DNA of 64,000 bases. Source: an uncultured Lachnospiraceae bacterium (lineage in GTDB: Bacteria > Bacillota > Clostridia > Lachnospirales > Lachnospiraceae). The position numbers were made by a program, and so were the translations under genes. The notes beneath the pieces are model-generated. The model was not told where the DNA came from. It saw only the letters and a list, made by a program, of their open reading frames with translations, and did not search any database. Position 1 is the stretch's first letter; each line of letters starts with the position of its first letter. Below are positions 19,088 to 27,465 of the stretch, piece after piece. The stretch covers positions 15,714 to 79,713 of the forward strand of contig CAJTUB010000007.1 in assembly GCA_910579465.1 (NCBI GenBank), read 5' to 3'.

Positions 19088-20740
19088 TTAGTCAGCGTTT
19101 CCCAGTTGTCTGGCGCGCTCTAAGGCGGCGTCAATGTTTTCGCAGAAGTTTTCTTTCCCCACCATGTCAAGAAAGCCGTTTTTCTCCATCAGGGAGCGCG
19201 GCTGTGAAAGGACGTGGGAGAAAATAACCGAGATATCCGAGTTCATCAGGTCCTTCGTGACGTCGCGCAGCGTGTTCATGGCGGTCGCATCGATAGCGGG
19301 AACGCTCCGCATCCGGATTACCACGACGCGTGTCTCGGCTTTCATTGCCCGGTGCTTTAAACGGAGAAGCTTATCGACGGCACCGAAGAACATCGGGCCG
19401 CTTACCTCAAAGACCTCCGTGCCTTCCGGCACAACCTTCAGAGCGAGGCGCTCCGGGTCGTTTTCCTCCTCCGGAAGAGCGTCCTGTAAGTATCTCCAGC
19501 TGGAAACATTTGTAACGTCGGACATACGCTTCATAAACAGAACGCAGGAAAGCACGATGCCTGCCTCGATGGCAAGCACCAGGTCAAAGGCAAAGGTCAG
19601 GACGCAGGAGGTAATCAGGACGGCTGCGTCGGACTTCGGCGCCTTGCGGTAGGCAAGGAATGCCTTTACATTAAACATGTTGTAGGATACCGTTAAAAGA
19701 ATCGCCGCAAGGACACAGCGCGGCACCAGACGGATGAGCGGCATTCCGAACAGCAGCATGGCGAGCAGCGTCGCGCTGTGGAACAGGAGCGCGACCGGGG
19801 TCCTGCCGCCGTTTTTGGCATTGGCAATGGAACGTGCCACGCCGCCGGTTGCCGGAATACAGCCGAACAGTCCGAGTACAAAATTGGCGGTTCCCTGGGC
19901 AACCAGCTCCGCGTTCGGATTGTGCTTGCTATGTATGATATCGTCGGTCACGACCGCGGACAGCAGCGCCTGCATCGCAACCAGAACTGCAATCGTAAAT
20001 GCCGGGGACATCAGCGAGAAAATCATATCAAAGGAAAGACCTTCAATTTTGGCAAGCGAAAGCGTCTTCGGGATATCACCAAGTAATGCTACGTCAAGCT
20101 TCAGGAAATAGGCTGCCGCGGTGCCTGCCACCAGTACCACAAAGGAGCCCGGGATGGTCTTACTGAGCTTCGGCCAGACAATCAGCACCGCGATGCTGCA
20201 AAGACCGAGGACAAGCGCCGTCGGATTGAGCTCGCCGATGTGCTGGAAGTAGGTCTGCCATTTCCCCAGAAAGGAGGTCGGCATGGACGCAATCTGGAAC
20301 CCGAAAAAGTCCTTGATTTCAAGGGTGGCAATCGTGATTGCAATACCGCCCGTAAAGCCGATGGTAATCGGGGACGGGATAAATTTAATCAGCCTTCCGA
20401 GCCGGAAGATGCCCATAAGAACCAGGAGAATCCCTGCCATCATGGTAGAAACAATCAGTCCCTGGGTGCCATAGCCGGCAATCACCGACTGCGTGATTAC
20501 GATAAATGCTCCGGTCGGTCCGGTAATCTGGACGCGGCTGCCGCCGAGCAGCGCTACGAAAAGTCCGGAGATTACGGCGGAGTAGATTCCCTTTTCCGCG
20601 GAAACCCCGCAGCCGAGCGCAAAGGCAATCGAGAGCGGAAGCGCAATGACCGCGACGATAATGCCTGCCTTCATGTCCAGGAAAAACTGTTTTCCGGAGT
20701 AATTCTTTAATGCACTAAATATCTTTGGTTTAAGATTCAT
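19088..20740 (-). CDS. SulP-family anion transporter with a C-terminal STAS domain
   Basis: Start MNLKPKIF at 20740 follows GGAGGC. It is a polytopic membrane protein with a STAS tail (VVVIRMRSVPAIDATA). Confidence 0.88.
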   Translation of the reverse strand: MNLKPKIFSALKNYSGKQFFLDMKAGIIVAVIALPLSIAFALGCGVSAEKGIYSAVISGLFVALLGGSRVQITGPTGAFIVITQSVIAGYGTQGLIVSTMMAGILLVLMGIFRLGRLIKFIPSPITIGFTGGIAITIATLEIKDFFGFQIASMPTSFLGKWQTYFQHIGELNPTALVLGLCSIAVLIVWPKLSKTIPGSFVVLVAGTAAAYFLKLDVALLGDIPKTLSLAKIEGLSFDMIFSLMSPAFTIAVLVAMQALLSAVVTDDIIHSKHNPNAELVAQGTANFVLGLFGCIPATGGVARSIANAKNGGRTPVALLFHSATLLAMLLFGMPLIRLVPRCVLAAILLTVSYNMFNVKAFLAYRKAPKSDAAVLITSCVLTFAFDLVLAIEAGIVLSCVLFMKRMSDVTNVSSWRYLQDALPEEENDPERLALKVVPEGTEVFEVSGPMFFGAVDKLLRLKHRAMKAETRVVVIRMRSVPAIDATAMNTLRDVTKDLMNSDISVIFSHVLSQPRSLMEKNGFLDMVGKENFCENIDAALERARQLGNAD

Positions 20741-20761
20741 ATGTTCTGCCTCCTTATATGC

Positions 20762-20838
20762 CTTGAATTTCCGCATTTTGTATGTATCTCTATGTCCCGG
20801 CGGCTGTACGGCCGGGACGTTCAATGTGGAAACTCAAG
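20762..20838. repeat. 77-bp inverted pair of 18-nt boxes around a GC hairpin, inside the sulP 5' UTR
   Basis: 20762-20779 reads AAAATGCGGAAATTCAAG on the minus strand. 20821-20838 reads TCAATGTGGAAACTCAAG on the plus strand. The central hairpin is GTCCCGGC...GCCGGGAC (20794-20818). Confidence 0.7.
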
Positions 20839-20851
20839 TACATGCCGCTTT

Positions 20852-20880
20852 ATTCTAATACGATTTCAGGGAAAATTCAA
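20852..20880 (-). promoter_or_regulatory. sulP promoter
   Basis: Minus strand reads TTGAAT, a 17-nt spacer, then TAGAAT. It lies upstream of the inverted-repeat element. Confidence 0.5.
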
Positions 20881-20970
20881 GAGGTTTTTGTTTTTTTGCC
20901 TGTGCCGTGATATAATAAAAAAAGGCAGCGCAGGTGTATCATGTGCTAAGACATATTTGGAGGTGATGGA

Positions 20971-21201
20971 ATGGAACGTAAAGCTAAGAGGAAACGGATT
21001 CTGCTTCTTGTTATTCTTGTAATGCTCGTGGTTTCCTGTATTCCTGTTAAGTTCGTATATAAGGATGGCGGCACGGTTGCATATAGGGCGGTTCTGTATT
21101 CCTATACAAAATACCACAGGCTCACGGAGGACGGGAGCGGGAATGCCAGCTATTACGAAGCCGATGTATTCCGTTTTTTCCCATTCAATTACTTTGATTA
21201 G
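20971..21201 (+). CDS. Small membrane-anchored hypothetical protein
   Basis: RBS GGAGGTGA. 76 aa with one TM helix. No family recognised. Confidence 0.5.
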   Translation: MERKAKRKRILLLVILVMLVVSCIPVKFVYKDGGTVAYRAVLYSYTKYHRLTEDGSGNASYYEADVFRFFPFNYFD

Positions 21202-21253
21202 GCGGGGCTGACAGGATGAAGTCAGCTTATAATTATCATTTCCACGGCATCTG

Positions 21254-21408
21254 CCTTTGGTTTCCGTTAAATTGTTCCTCTTTTTATCCAAACAGACCAT
21301 TCTGATGATGTGACAATAAGCTCTGCAAATGTCAGACAGGATGCGTCTGTTTTGGCATAAATGGGAGGGACTTTTAAGATTGATTAAAAATGCCGAAACT
21401 TTTTTAGG
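21254..21408. repeat. Degenerate inverted pair of box-like sequences upstream of the ECF sigma gene
   Basis: CCTTTGGTTTCCGTTAAATT (21254-21273) and AAAAATGCCGAAACTTTTTTAGG (21386-21408). Confidence 0.4.
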
Positions 21409-21476
21409 ATTTTTTGCAACCGGAGGGGTTGCTTTGCGAGTAGATGGGTGAACGACAAATTTACGGAGGGATAACG

Positions 21477-22031
21477 ATGGAGGATGAACAAATCGTGGCG
21501 CTGTACTGGGAGCGTTCCGAGACGGCAATCAGGGAAACTGCGGCAAAGTATGAAAATTACTGCTATTCGATTGCATTCGGGATTTTAAAGAACCGCGAGG
21601 ACGCAAATGAAAGCGTGAACGATACCTGGCTCGATGCCTGGAACAGCATGCCGCCGCACAGGCCCTTTGCCCTCTCTACATTTCTGGGGAAGCTTACAAG
21701 GCGGGTATCCATTGACCGGTGGCGGCGCTATACGGCAAAAAAGCGGGGCGGCGGCGAAATGGCATATCTGCTTTCGGAGCTTACGGAATGCGTTCCGGCG
21801 GAGCGTACCGTGGAGCGGGACTGGGAGCTTTCCGAGCTTGCCCGCACGGTAAATGACTTTCTTCTGTCGCTGCCGGAAGAAAAGCAGAGGGTATTTTTAT
21901 GCCGCTACTGGTATGCCGATTCCGTTTCTTCGATTGCAAAACGGACAGGCTTCAGCCAAAGCAAGGTAAAATCCATGCTGTATCATAGCAGGAAGGCGTT
22001 GCGGGAGCATCTGGACAAGGAGGGATTTTAA
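21477..22031 (+). CDS. ECF-type sigma-70 family RNA polymerase sigma factor
   Basis: ATG at 21477 follows GGAGGG. It has region 2 (ESVNDTWLDAW) and a region 4 HTH (SIAKRTGFSQSKVKSMLYHSRKAL). Confidence 0.85.
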   Translation: MEDEQIVALYWERSETAIRETAAKYENYCYSIAFGILKNREDANESVNDTWLDAWNSMPPHRPFALSTFLGKLTRRVSIDRWRRYTAKKRGGGEMAYLLSELTECVPAERTVERDWELSELARTVNDFLLSLPEEKQRVFLCRYWYADSVSSIAKRTGFSQSKVKSMLYHSRKALREHLDKEGF

Positions 22032-23452
22032 TGAAACGGGTAAAGCCGGAGGATATTTTAGATGCGGTGGGGATGGTGGACGACAAACTGATAGGCCGGG
22101 CAAGGGAAGGGAAAAAGAAGCCGTTTTTCAAAAGGAGGGCGTTCCTTCCGGCAGTGGCTGCCGTGCTGGTGCTTTCTCTCGGCATCGGTCTGTTCTTTGG
22201 GAGAGGGCGGCTTTTGTTACATGCGTATGCAATCGCGGAGGCGGAGTATCCGACGATGTGTCCGTATCCGGAGAGCCAGTCTTATTCTAAGGAGTTGGAG
22301 GATTGGCTGGACAGCAGGGAGGCACAGCTGTCCGGGTACGATGAAGGCATGGCGCCGGATGGATTTTTTGCGGAGAGTATCCGGGAGTTTCTTTCGGAAA
22401 GACCGGGAGAGAACTGCGCCTATTCCCCGGTTAATGTCTATATGGCGCTCAGTATGCTGGCAGAGCTTACGGATGGAACAAGCCGTGCGCAGATACTGGG
22501 GCTGCTTGGCATACCCGATATCGAAACGCTGCGCGAAAACGCATCGGCGGTCTGGAATGCGTGCTACTGCGACGACGGGTGGATGACCAGCGTGCTTGCC
22601 AATTCCCTGTGGCTGAACCGGGACATCCGCTTTCATAAGGAAACACTGGAGACACTGGCAGAGACTTATTATGCGTCCTCTTATTGCGGCAGAATGGGCT
22701 CCGAAAGCATTGACAAGGCGTTAAGGGAATGGATGAACCAGCAGACCGGCGGACTGCTCCGTGACAGTATTGACGGGCTGCATCTGGACCAGCCAACCTT
22801 GCTTTCCCTGGTTTCCACGGTCTTTTTTCAGGCGGAATGGTGGAGCGGTTTCCCGAAAGAGAAAACGGAGCAGGGAACCTTTTATGCGCCTGCCGGAGAG
22901 GTTACCTGTGATTTTATGGGCCAGAAGGAAGATGATACCTATTACTGGGGAGATACCTTTTCTGCGGTACAGAAGGGGTTACGGGGCGGCTGCAAAATGT
23001 GGTTTATCCTGCCGGATGAGGGTATGACGCCGGAGGAGCTGCTTTCGGAGCCGGAGGCAATGGAGTTTTTGCTTTCCGACGGCGTATGGGAGAACCAGAA
23101 ACGACTTTCGGTTCGGTTTGTCGTGCCGAAGTTTGATATCAGTTCGGAAACGGATCTGATCGAAGGTCTGAAAAAGCTCGGCGTAACGGAAATCTTTGAT
23201 GGCAGGGCGGCAGATTTTTCCCCTCTTATAAGAGATACAGGGGAAGAACGGATTTCCGGTGCGCAGCATGCGGTAAGGGTGCAAATCGATGAGAAGGGCT
23301 GCTCGGCGGCGGCTTATACAAAGCTGGATCTGACGAAGGACGGTATGCCGTTAACAGATAATATTGACTTTATCGTAAACCGGCCGTTTTTGTTTGTCAT
23401 TACTTCGGAGGTGGGACTGCCGTTATTTACCGGCATCGTAAATACGCCGTAG
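22031..23452 (+). CDS. Membrane-anchored serpin (N-terminal anti-sigma-like segment, TM helix and serpin domain)
   Basis: The start overlaps the sigma stop (TAATG). TM helix FLPAVAAVLVLSLGIGLFFG. Serpin motifs are YSPVNVYMALSMLAELT, hinge EKGCSAAAYT and NRPFLFVI. Confidence 0.85.
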   Translation: MKRVKPEDILDAVGMVDDKLIGRAREGKKKPFFKRRAFLPAVAAVLVLSLGIGLFFGRGRLLLHAYAIAEAEYPTMCPYPESQSYSKELEDWLDSREAQLSGYDEGMAPDGFFAESIREFLSERPGENCAYSPVNVYMALSMLAELTDGTSRAQILGLLGIPDIETLRENASAVWNACYCDDGWMTSVLANSLWLNRDIRFHKETLETLAETYYASSYCGRMGSESIDKALREWMNQQTGGLLRDSIDGLHLDQPTLLSLVSTVFFQAEWWSGFPKEKTEQGTFYAPAGEVTCDFMGQKEDDTYYWGDTFSAVQKGLRGGCKMWFILPDEGMTPEELLSEPEAMEFLLSDGVWENQKRLSVRFVVPKFDISSETDLIEGLKKLGVTEIFDGRAADFSPLIRDTGEERISGAQHAVRVQIDEKGCSAAAYTKLDLTKDGMPLTDNIDFIVNRPFLFVITSEVGLPLFTGIVNTP

Positions 23453-23515
23453 CAGGCGCAGCGGTCCTTCAGACTTCCAGAATGTCAGATGCACAAAATG
23501 CGGAGCTCAAGGAGA
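23378..23515 (+). repeat. Left direct repeat (functional 3' end of the serpin gene plus downstream DNA)
   Basis: 23378-23474 aligns without gaps to 32614-32710, with 8 mismatches in 97 nt by hand count. Similarity resumes at the 17-nt box. Confidence 0.85.
23495..23511 (+). repeat. 17-nt box variant (AAAATGCGGAGCTCAAG) at the end of the left direct repeat
   Basis: It is one nt shorter than the consensus, the same variant as at 32763-32779. Confidence 0.6.
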
Positions 23516-23534
23516 TATTATTGGTAGAAATAAA

Positions 23535-23567
23535 GGGGACTGTCACTCAAAGTGTGGTCCCTTTTTA
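23535..23567 (+). terminator. Intrinsic terminator downstream of the serpin gene
   Basis: GGGGACTGTCAC-loop-GTGTGGTCCC followed by TTTTT. Confidence 0.6.
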
Positions 23568-23655
23568 CAAGTGGAGGATTGGTAAATAGAATTGTGTGGT
23601 CAGAGATATTCCATGAATATGAGTAGATATGTTTAAAAATGTAGAAATTTAGGAC

Positions 23656-23684
23656 TTGACATTATTTTACATTTATGTAATAAT
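23656..23684 (+). promoter_or_regulatory. Candidate sigma-A promoter of the island operon
   Basis: TTGACA, a 17-nt spacer, then AATAAT with TG at the extended -10 position. It lies about 85 nt upstream of the rSAM start. Confidence 0.5.
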
Positions 23685-23770
23685 AAGGCAATAAACATTA
23701 TATGCATTTTTGGGAAAGAGTGAGATAGCGCATTTGTATATTGAAACTTGATGTAAAAGGGAGGAGTAAA

Positions 23771-25099
23771 ATGAATTATAAGTATTCAATGTTTAACTAC
23801 TTTTTTACAGTAAATGACCGAAGGTATATATATAATACTATGCAAGGCACGAGAAGCATTTGTGAGATTACAAAAGAACACAACGTAATTTTTGATATAC
23901 TTCAAAGTGAGGATGTTTCAGGGATTAATCCTGAATTTCGTGAAATATTGATTGATAAAGGAATTCTTGTACAAGACGAAATTGATGAAATAAGCAAAAG
24001 AAATGTTTTATGTGCTAAAACAGTAAATGATGGGGTTCTACGTTTGGTAATTCATACGACAAAGCGATGTAACTTTAGGTGTAAATATTGTTGTTTAGAC
24101 TTTGAAGATGAAGACTTATCTATTGAAATGCAAGACAACATCTTTAGGTTTATTAAACATAATATTATAAATTATCAGGTTGTAGATGTTAATTGGTTTG
24201 GTGGAGAACCATTAATGAATGTAGATGCAATTATTAATTTATCATCTAAAATAAAGGATATTTGTAAAAACGTTGGTAAGATATATAAAAGCTCAATAAC
24301 AACTAATGGATACCTTTTATCAGAAAAAGTGGTAAACAGGCTGGTTAATGTCGGAGTTACTATTTTTTTTGTTACTTTGGATGGTTTGCCTGAATATCAT
24401 GATAAATTAAGGGTGTTGACAAATGGGGAGGGTACATATAACAAAATATATCAAAATCTTCTCAATATAAAAAAATTTCATTCCGCTAAGATAAAGGTTA
24501 ATATAAGAACTAATTTCACACGTGATATGATGGGAAATTATCAGAAAATATATAGAAACTTATCGAATGCCTTTGGAGATGACAGGAGATTTGCCTTATA
24601 CTTCAGAAGCGTTGTAGATTCAGGTGGAGAGCGAATTAATCAGATGAAAAACCAGATTTTAAATGGAAGACAAATTAATGAACTTGAAAATAATCTTGCC
24701 AGTATTAATGATGGGACAATAAATTATGATACAAATTATTATTCACTTGAACCAGGCGGATTTATTTGTCCTGCTATGAAATGTGGTAAATATACAATAG
24801 ATACTTGTGGAAAAGTATATAAATGTGATGTATTATCTGAAGAAACGGAACTTGGTTATTTGAATAGTTATGGGAAGATTGTTTATTGCAATTCTTGTGA
24901 AGAAAACTGGGTTGGAATAGCATTTAAATTTTTTGAAAGATGTGAGAATTGTCCGGTTAGTCCACTTTGCTTTAAAGGGGTATGTCCTATGCAAGAATTG
25001 ATAAATGGAGAAAAATTGTGTATTTTAGATTCCAGAGATAATAAATTAGATGGATTACTTGCTATGTTTGTTGCATCAAATAAGATTGAGGTGATTTAA
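23771..25099 (+). CDS. Radical SAM/SPASM-domain peptide-modifying enzyme (candidate RiPP maturase)
   Basis: ATG at 23771 follows AAGGGAGGAG. Motifs are CNFRCKYC (CX3CX2C) and WFGGEPL, plus C-terminal Cys clusters CPAMKC, CGKVYKC and CENCPVSPLCFKGVC. An N-terminal extension of about 90 aa precedes the core. Confidence 0.88.
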   Translation: MNYKYSMFNYFFTVNDRRYIYNTMQGTRSICEITKEHNVIFDILQSEDVSGINPEFREILIDKGILVQDEIDEISKRNVLCAKTVNDGVLRLVIHTTKRCNFRCKYCCLDFEDEDLSIEMQDNIFRFIKHNIINYQVVDVNWFGGEPLMNVDAIINLSSKIKDICKNVGKIYKSSITTNGYLLSEKVVNRLVNVGVTIFFVTLDGLPEYHDKLRVLTNGEGTYNKIYQNLLNIKKFHSAKIKVNIRTNFTRDMMGNYQKIYRNLSNAFGDDRRFALYFRSVVDSGGERINQMKNQILNGRQINELENNLASINDGTINYDTNYYSLEPGGFICPAMKCGKYTIDTCGKVYKCDVLSEETELGYLNSYGKIVYCNSCEENWVGIAFKFFERCENCPVSPLCFKGVCPMQELINGEKLCILDSRDNKLDGLLAMFVASNKIEVI

Positions 25100-25102
25100 T
25101 AA

Positions 25103-25330
25103 GTGGATATAAAACAGATTGTAATTGAGTGCTTAAAGGAATATGGAATTATTATTCAAGATGAAATTGATGAAAATACACCTTTTACTGATTATGGAAT
25201 GGATTCATTGATTTATATGATGCTTATATGTGATTTGGAAGAAAATCTTTCGAAGGAGTTTCTGGATTATTCATTATTAAGTCTGGAGAATATGTCAGTT
25301 AGTAAATTAGTATCTCTTATTGAAAACTGA
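25103..25330 (+). CDS. Acyl/peptidyl carrier protein-like small acidic protein
   Basis: GTG at 25103 follows GAGGTGA, 4 nt after the rSAM stop. 75 aa with FTDYGMDSLIYMMLICDLEE, matching ACP helix II (GxDSL). Confidence 0.75.
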   Translation: MDIKQIVIECLKEYGIIIQDEIDENTPFTDYGMDSLIYMMLICDLEENLSKEFLDYSLLSLENMSVSKLVSLIEN

Positions 25331-25399
25331 ATGGACTGTATTGATATCCTGTAATTGTGGGATATTTTTATGGTTAATTTATATGAGGAGGTGAATATT

Positions 25400-25513
25400 A
25401 TGAGGAAGATTAGTATTAAGAAGAACCAGAAGACAAAAGTTAATAAGGTTGTTTTTGCTGGTCCGAGACCATGTAATGGTTACAAAGATGAATGCACGCC
25501 ATCATCAAAATAA
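25400..25513 (+). CDS. Candidate precursor peptide, 37 aa (MRKISIKKNQKTKVNKVVFAGPRPCNGYKDECTPSSK)
   Basis: This ORF is below the track's size cutoff. GAGGAGGTGA lies 6 nt upstream of the ATG. The peptide is Lys-rich at the N-terminus with two Cys at the C-terminus, and a perfect hairpin follows. Confidence 0.65.
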   Translation: MRKISIKKNQKTKVNKVVFAGPRPCNGYKDECTPSSK

Positions 25514-25562
25514 TTTGTATTGCAGAATCCTTAGAGAATACTTATGTTTTAGGTATGGTGTG

Positions 25563-25602
25563 CAATTCTGCCCTTTGGACTTTCATCCAAAGGGCAGAAT
25601 TG
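25563..25602 (+). terminator. Perfect 17-bp stem-loop after the peptide gene (attenuator or RNA stabiliser; no U tract)
   Basis: CAATTCTGCCCTTTGGA, loop cttcca-sized (cttt ca, 6 nt), then TCCAAAGGGCAGAATTG. It is followed by TCAACAAAT rather than a T run. Confidence 0.55.
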
Positions 25603-25673
25603 TCAACAAATAAAATAAGTCAATTCCGTAATTAATAGTGAAATAGATATGTTGCAGGATTTAGGAGATAGTA

Positions 25674-27392
25674 ATGGGAAATATAGTTCATCTTTTTCAC
25701 CGGGTATGCAGAATCAATCGGTTTTATTTCATTCCATTTTTTGTGACGGAGATAGTTTCTTTGGGAATTAAAGTAATTCAGATTCTTTTTCCTAAAAGGT
25801 TATTTGTCGGATTAAATGAAGGTGCTACCCACGTATTGATTCTGAATATTGTTCTTTATCTCGGGGTTCTCGGAATCTTGAATTGTGCCCGAATTATATC
25901 AGAGCATTATAAAGAAAAGAATAGCTTATTAGTAAAAACTTGCTTAAGTGCAGATTTATATGAAGCAAACTGTGTTTCTAAATTTGCTGATTTTGAGAAG
26001 TACGAGGCACGTAAGAAATTTGAGCTTGCGAAAGAAGGCTTGCAAAAGGGAAACATTGCTATGATGATTGATAATGTAGTAATGTGTTTCTCTAATATTG
26101 TTTTTATCATTTCTGTTTCCTATGTATTCCACTATCTGAGCTGGTGGATTTCAATAGTAATGCTTATTTCGGTGCTGATTAATACGGCATGCGAGTATTT
26201 TCGTGTGAAATATGATTATGATTGCTATGAAAAATACAAAGAAGTAAATATGAAGATGGTGTATTCCAGGGATAAACTGACATGGAAGCAATTTGGAAAA
26301 GAAATTCGTTTATTTGGATTGTACGACTATGTATCGAATATAGCGGAAAAATATATAAATGAACTGTCGGCGATACAGAAAAATAAAAGCAAAAGAATAT
26401 TTTTAGTTTACTTTTTACTCGGATTATATGATATGTTACAACGCTTTTTGCTGATTGCTTATATTGTATGGTTGTGTTCGGTCGGCAGGGTTTCCATAGA
26501 AGATTTTACATCGTTGATTGTTGCTGTAATTGCATGTTTTTCTGCCGTAAACGATAACGCAAAGCTTATTGTAAAACTTGGTGAATCCGTAAAATATGTA
26601 AATTGCTATTTTGAGCTGATGAATGCTTCAATATGCAATAAGTTTGAGATGAAAGAACAGATTACCCGTTTTCAGAAGATAAAAATCAGTAATATGAAAT
26701 TTACATATCCAAACTCGCAGAGTGAAACCTTGAGGGGGATTTCTGTGACATTTGATGCAGGGAAAAAATATGGTATTGTTGGAAAAAATGGTAGCGGAAA
26801 AACCACATTTATTAAGCTTCTTTTAGGTTTATATGAGGTTCCTGAAGGAGTAATAACCTTGGATTGCCGTGATAAAACAGAATATCATTGTGATGAATGG
26901 TATTCAATGTTTTCAGCGGTATTGCAGGACTTCAATGTGTATGCATATACACTGGGAGATAATATTTCCATGTTATCAGAAATGAATAAGGACATTTCTT
27001 TTGATGGATTAGAGATAGATGGCGTTTCTTTGGATGATTATTTATCTGCAGAATACGGAGAGGGACATGACGTTTCTGGCGGGGAAGCGCAAAAAATAGC
27101 AATTATGCGTGTGCTCTTTCATAAGGCACCGGTTGTTATACTTGACGAACCTACGGCTGCATTATCTCCAGACGGGGAAATCAGGTTTTATGAAGAAGTA
27201 AAAACGAGATTTTGTGACAGGACGCTTTTTTTGGTGTCTCACAGGCTGGCAAGTTGTAAACTGTGTGATAATATACTTGTTTTTGACAAAGGACAAATCG
27301 TCGAAAATGGAACCCATGATGATTTGATGAAAAAGAAAGGTTTGTATTATGAGATGTATTCTTCCCAAAAAGATTTGTATGCGTGTAAATGA
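25674..27392 (+). CDS. ABC exporter half-transporter (TMD-NBD)
   Basis: Six predicted N-terminal helices. Walker A GKNGSGKTT, signature VSGGEAQK, Walker B VVILDEPT. No C39 peptidase domain. Confidence 0.88.
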   Translation: MGNIVHLFHRVCRINRFYFIPFFVTEIVSLGIKVIQILFPKRLFVGLNEGATHVLILNIVLYLGVLGILNCARIISEHYKEKNSLLVKTCLSADLYEANCVSKFADFEKYEARKKFELAKEGLQKGNIAMMIDNVVMCFSNIVFIISVSYVFHYLSWWISIVMLISVLINTACEYFRVKYDYDCYEKYKEVNMKMVYSRDKLTWKQFGKEIRLFGLYDYVSNIAEKYINELSAIQKNKSKRIFLVYFLLGLYDMLQRFLLIAYIVWLCSVGRVSIEDFTSLIVAVIACFSAVNDNAKLIVKLGESVKYVNCYFELMNASICNKFEMKEQITRFQKIKISNMKFTYPNSQSETLRGISVTFDAGKKYGIVGKNGSGKTTFIKLLLGLYEVPEGVITLDCRDKTEYHCDEWYSMFSAVLQDFNVYAYTLGDNISMLSEMNKDISFDGLEIDGVSLDDYLSAEYGEGHDVSGGEAQKIAIMRVLFHKAPVVILDEPTAALSPDGEIRFYEEVKTRFCDRTLFLVSHRLASCKLCDNILVFDKGQIVENGTHDDLMKKKGLYYEMYSSQKDLYACK

Positions 27393-27465
27393 TAATTTAA
27401 AGCTTTTAAAAGGTAGTGTATAAACTTTTTGATGTATGGTTATACACTTAATAAGGAGGAAAGGA

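Noticed and set aside
20866-21528. A 220-aa minus-strand ORF spans the sulP / ECF sigma intergenic region.
   Set aside because: It runs through promoters, the box repeats and the small plus-strand gene. It has no RBS and no recognisable domain.
25552-25632. A 26-aa ORF (MVCNSALWTFIQRAELSTNKISQFRN) might be a second precursor peptide.
   Set aside because: It has no RBS, and the ORF is made up of the two arms of the 17-bp hairpin.
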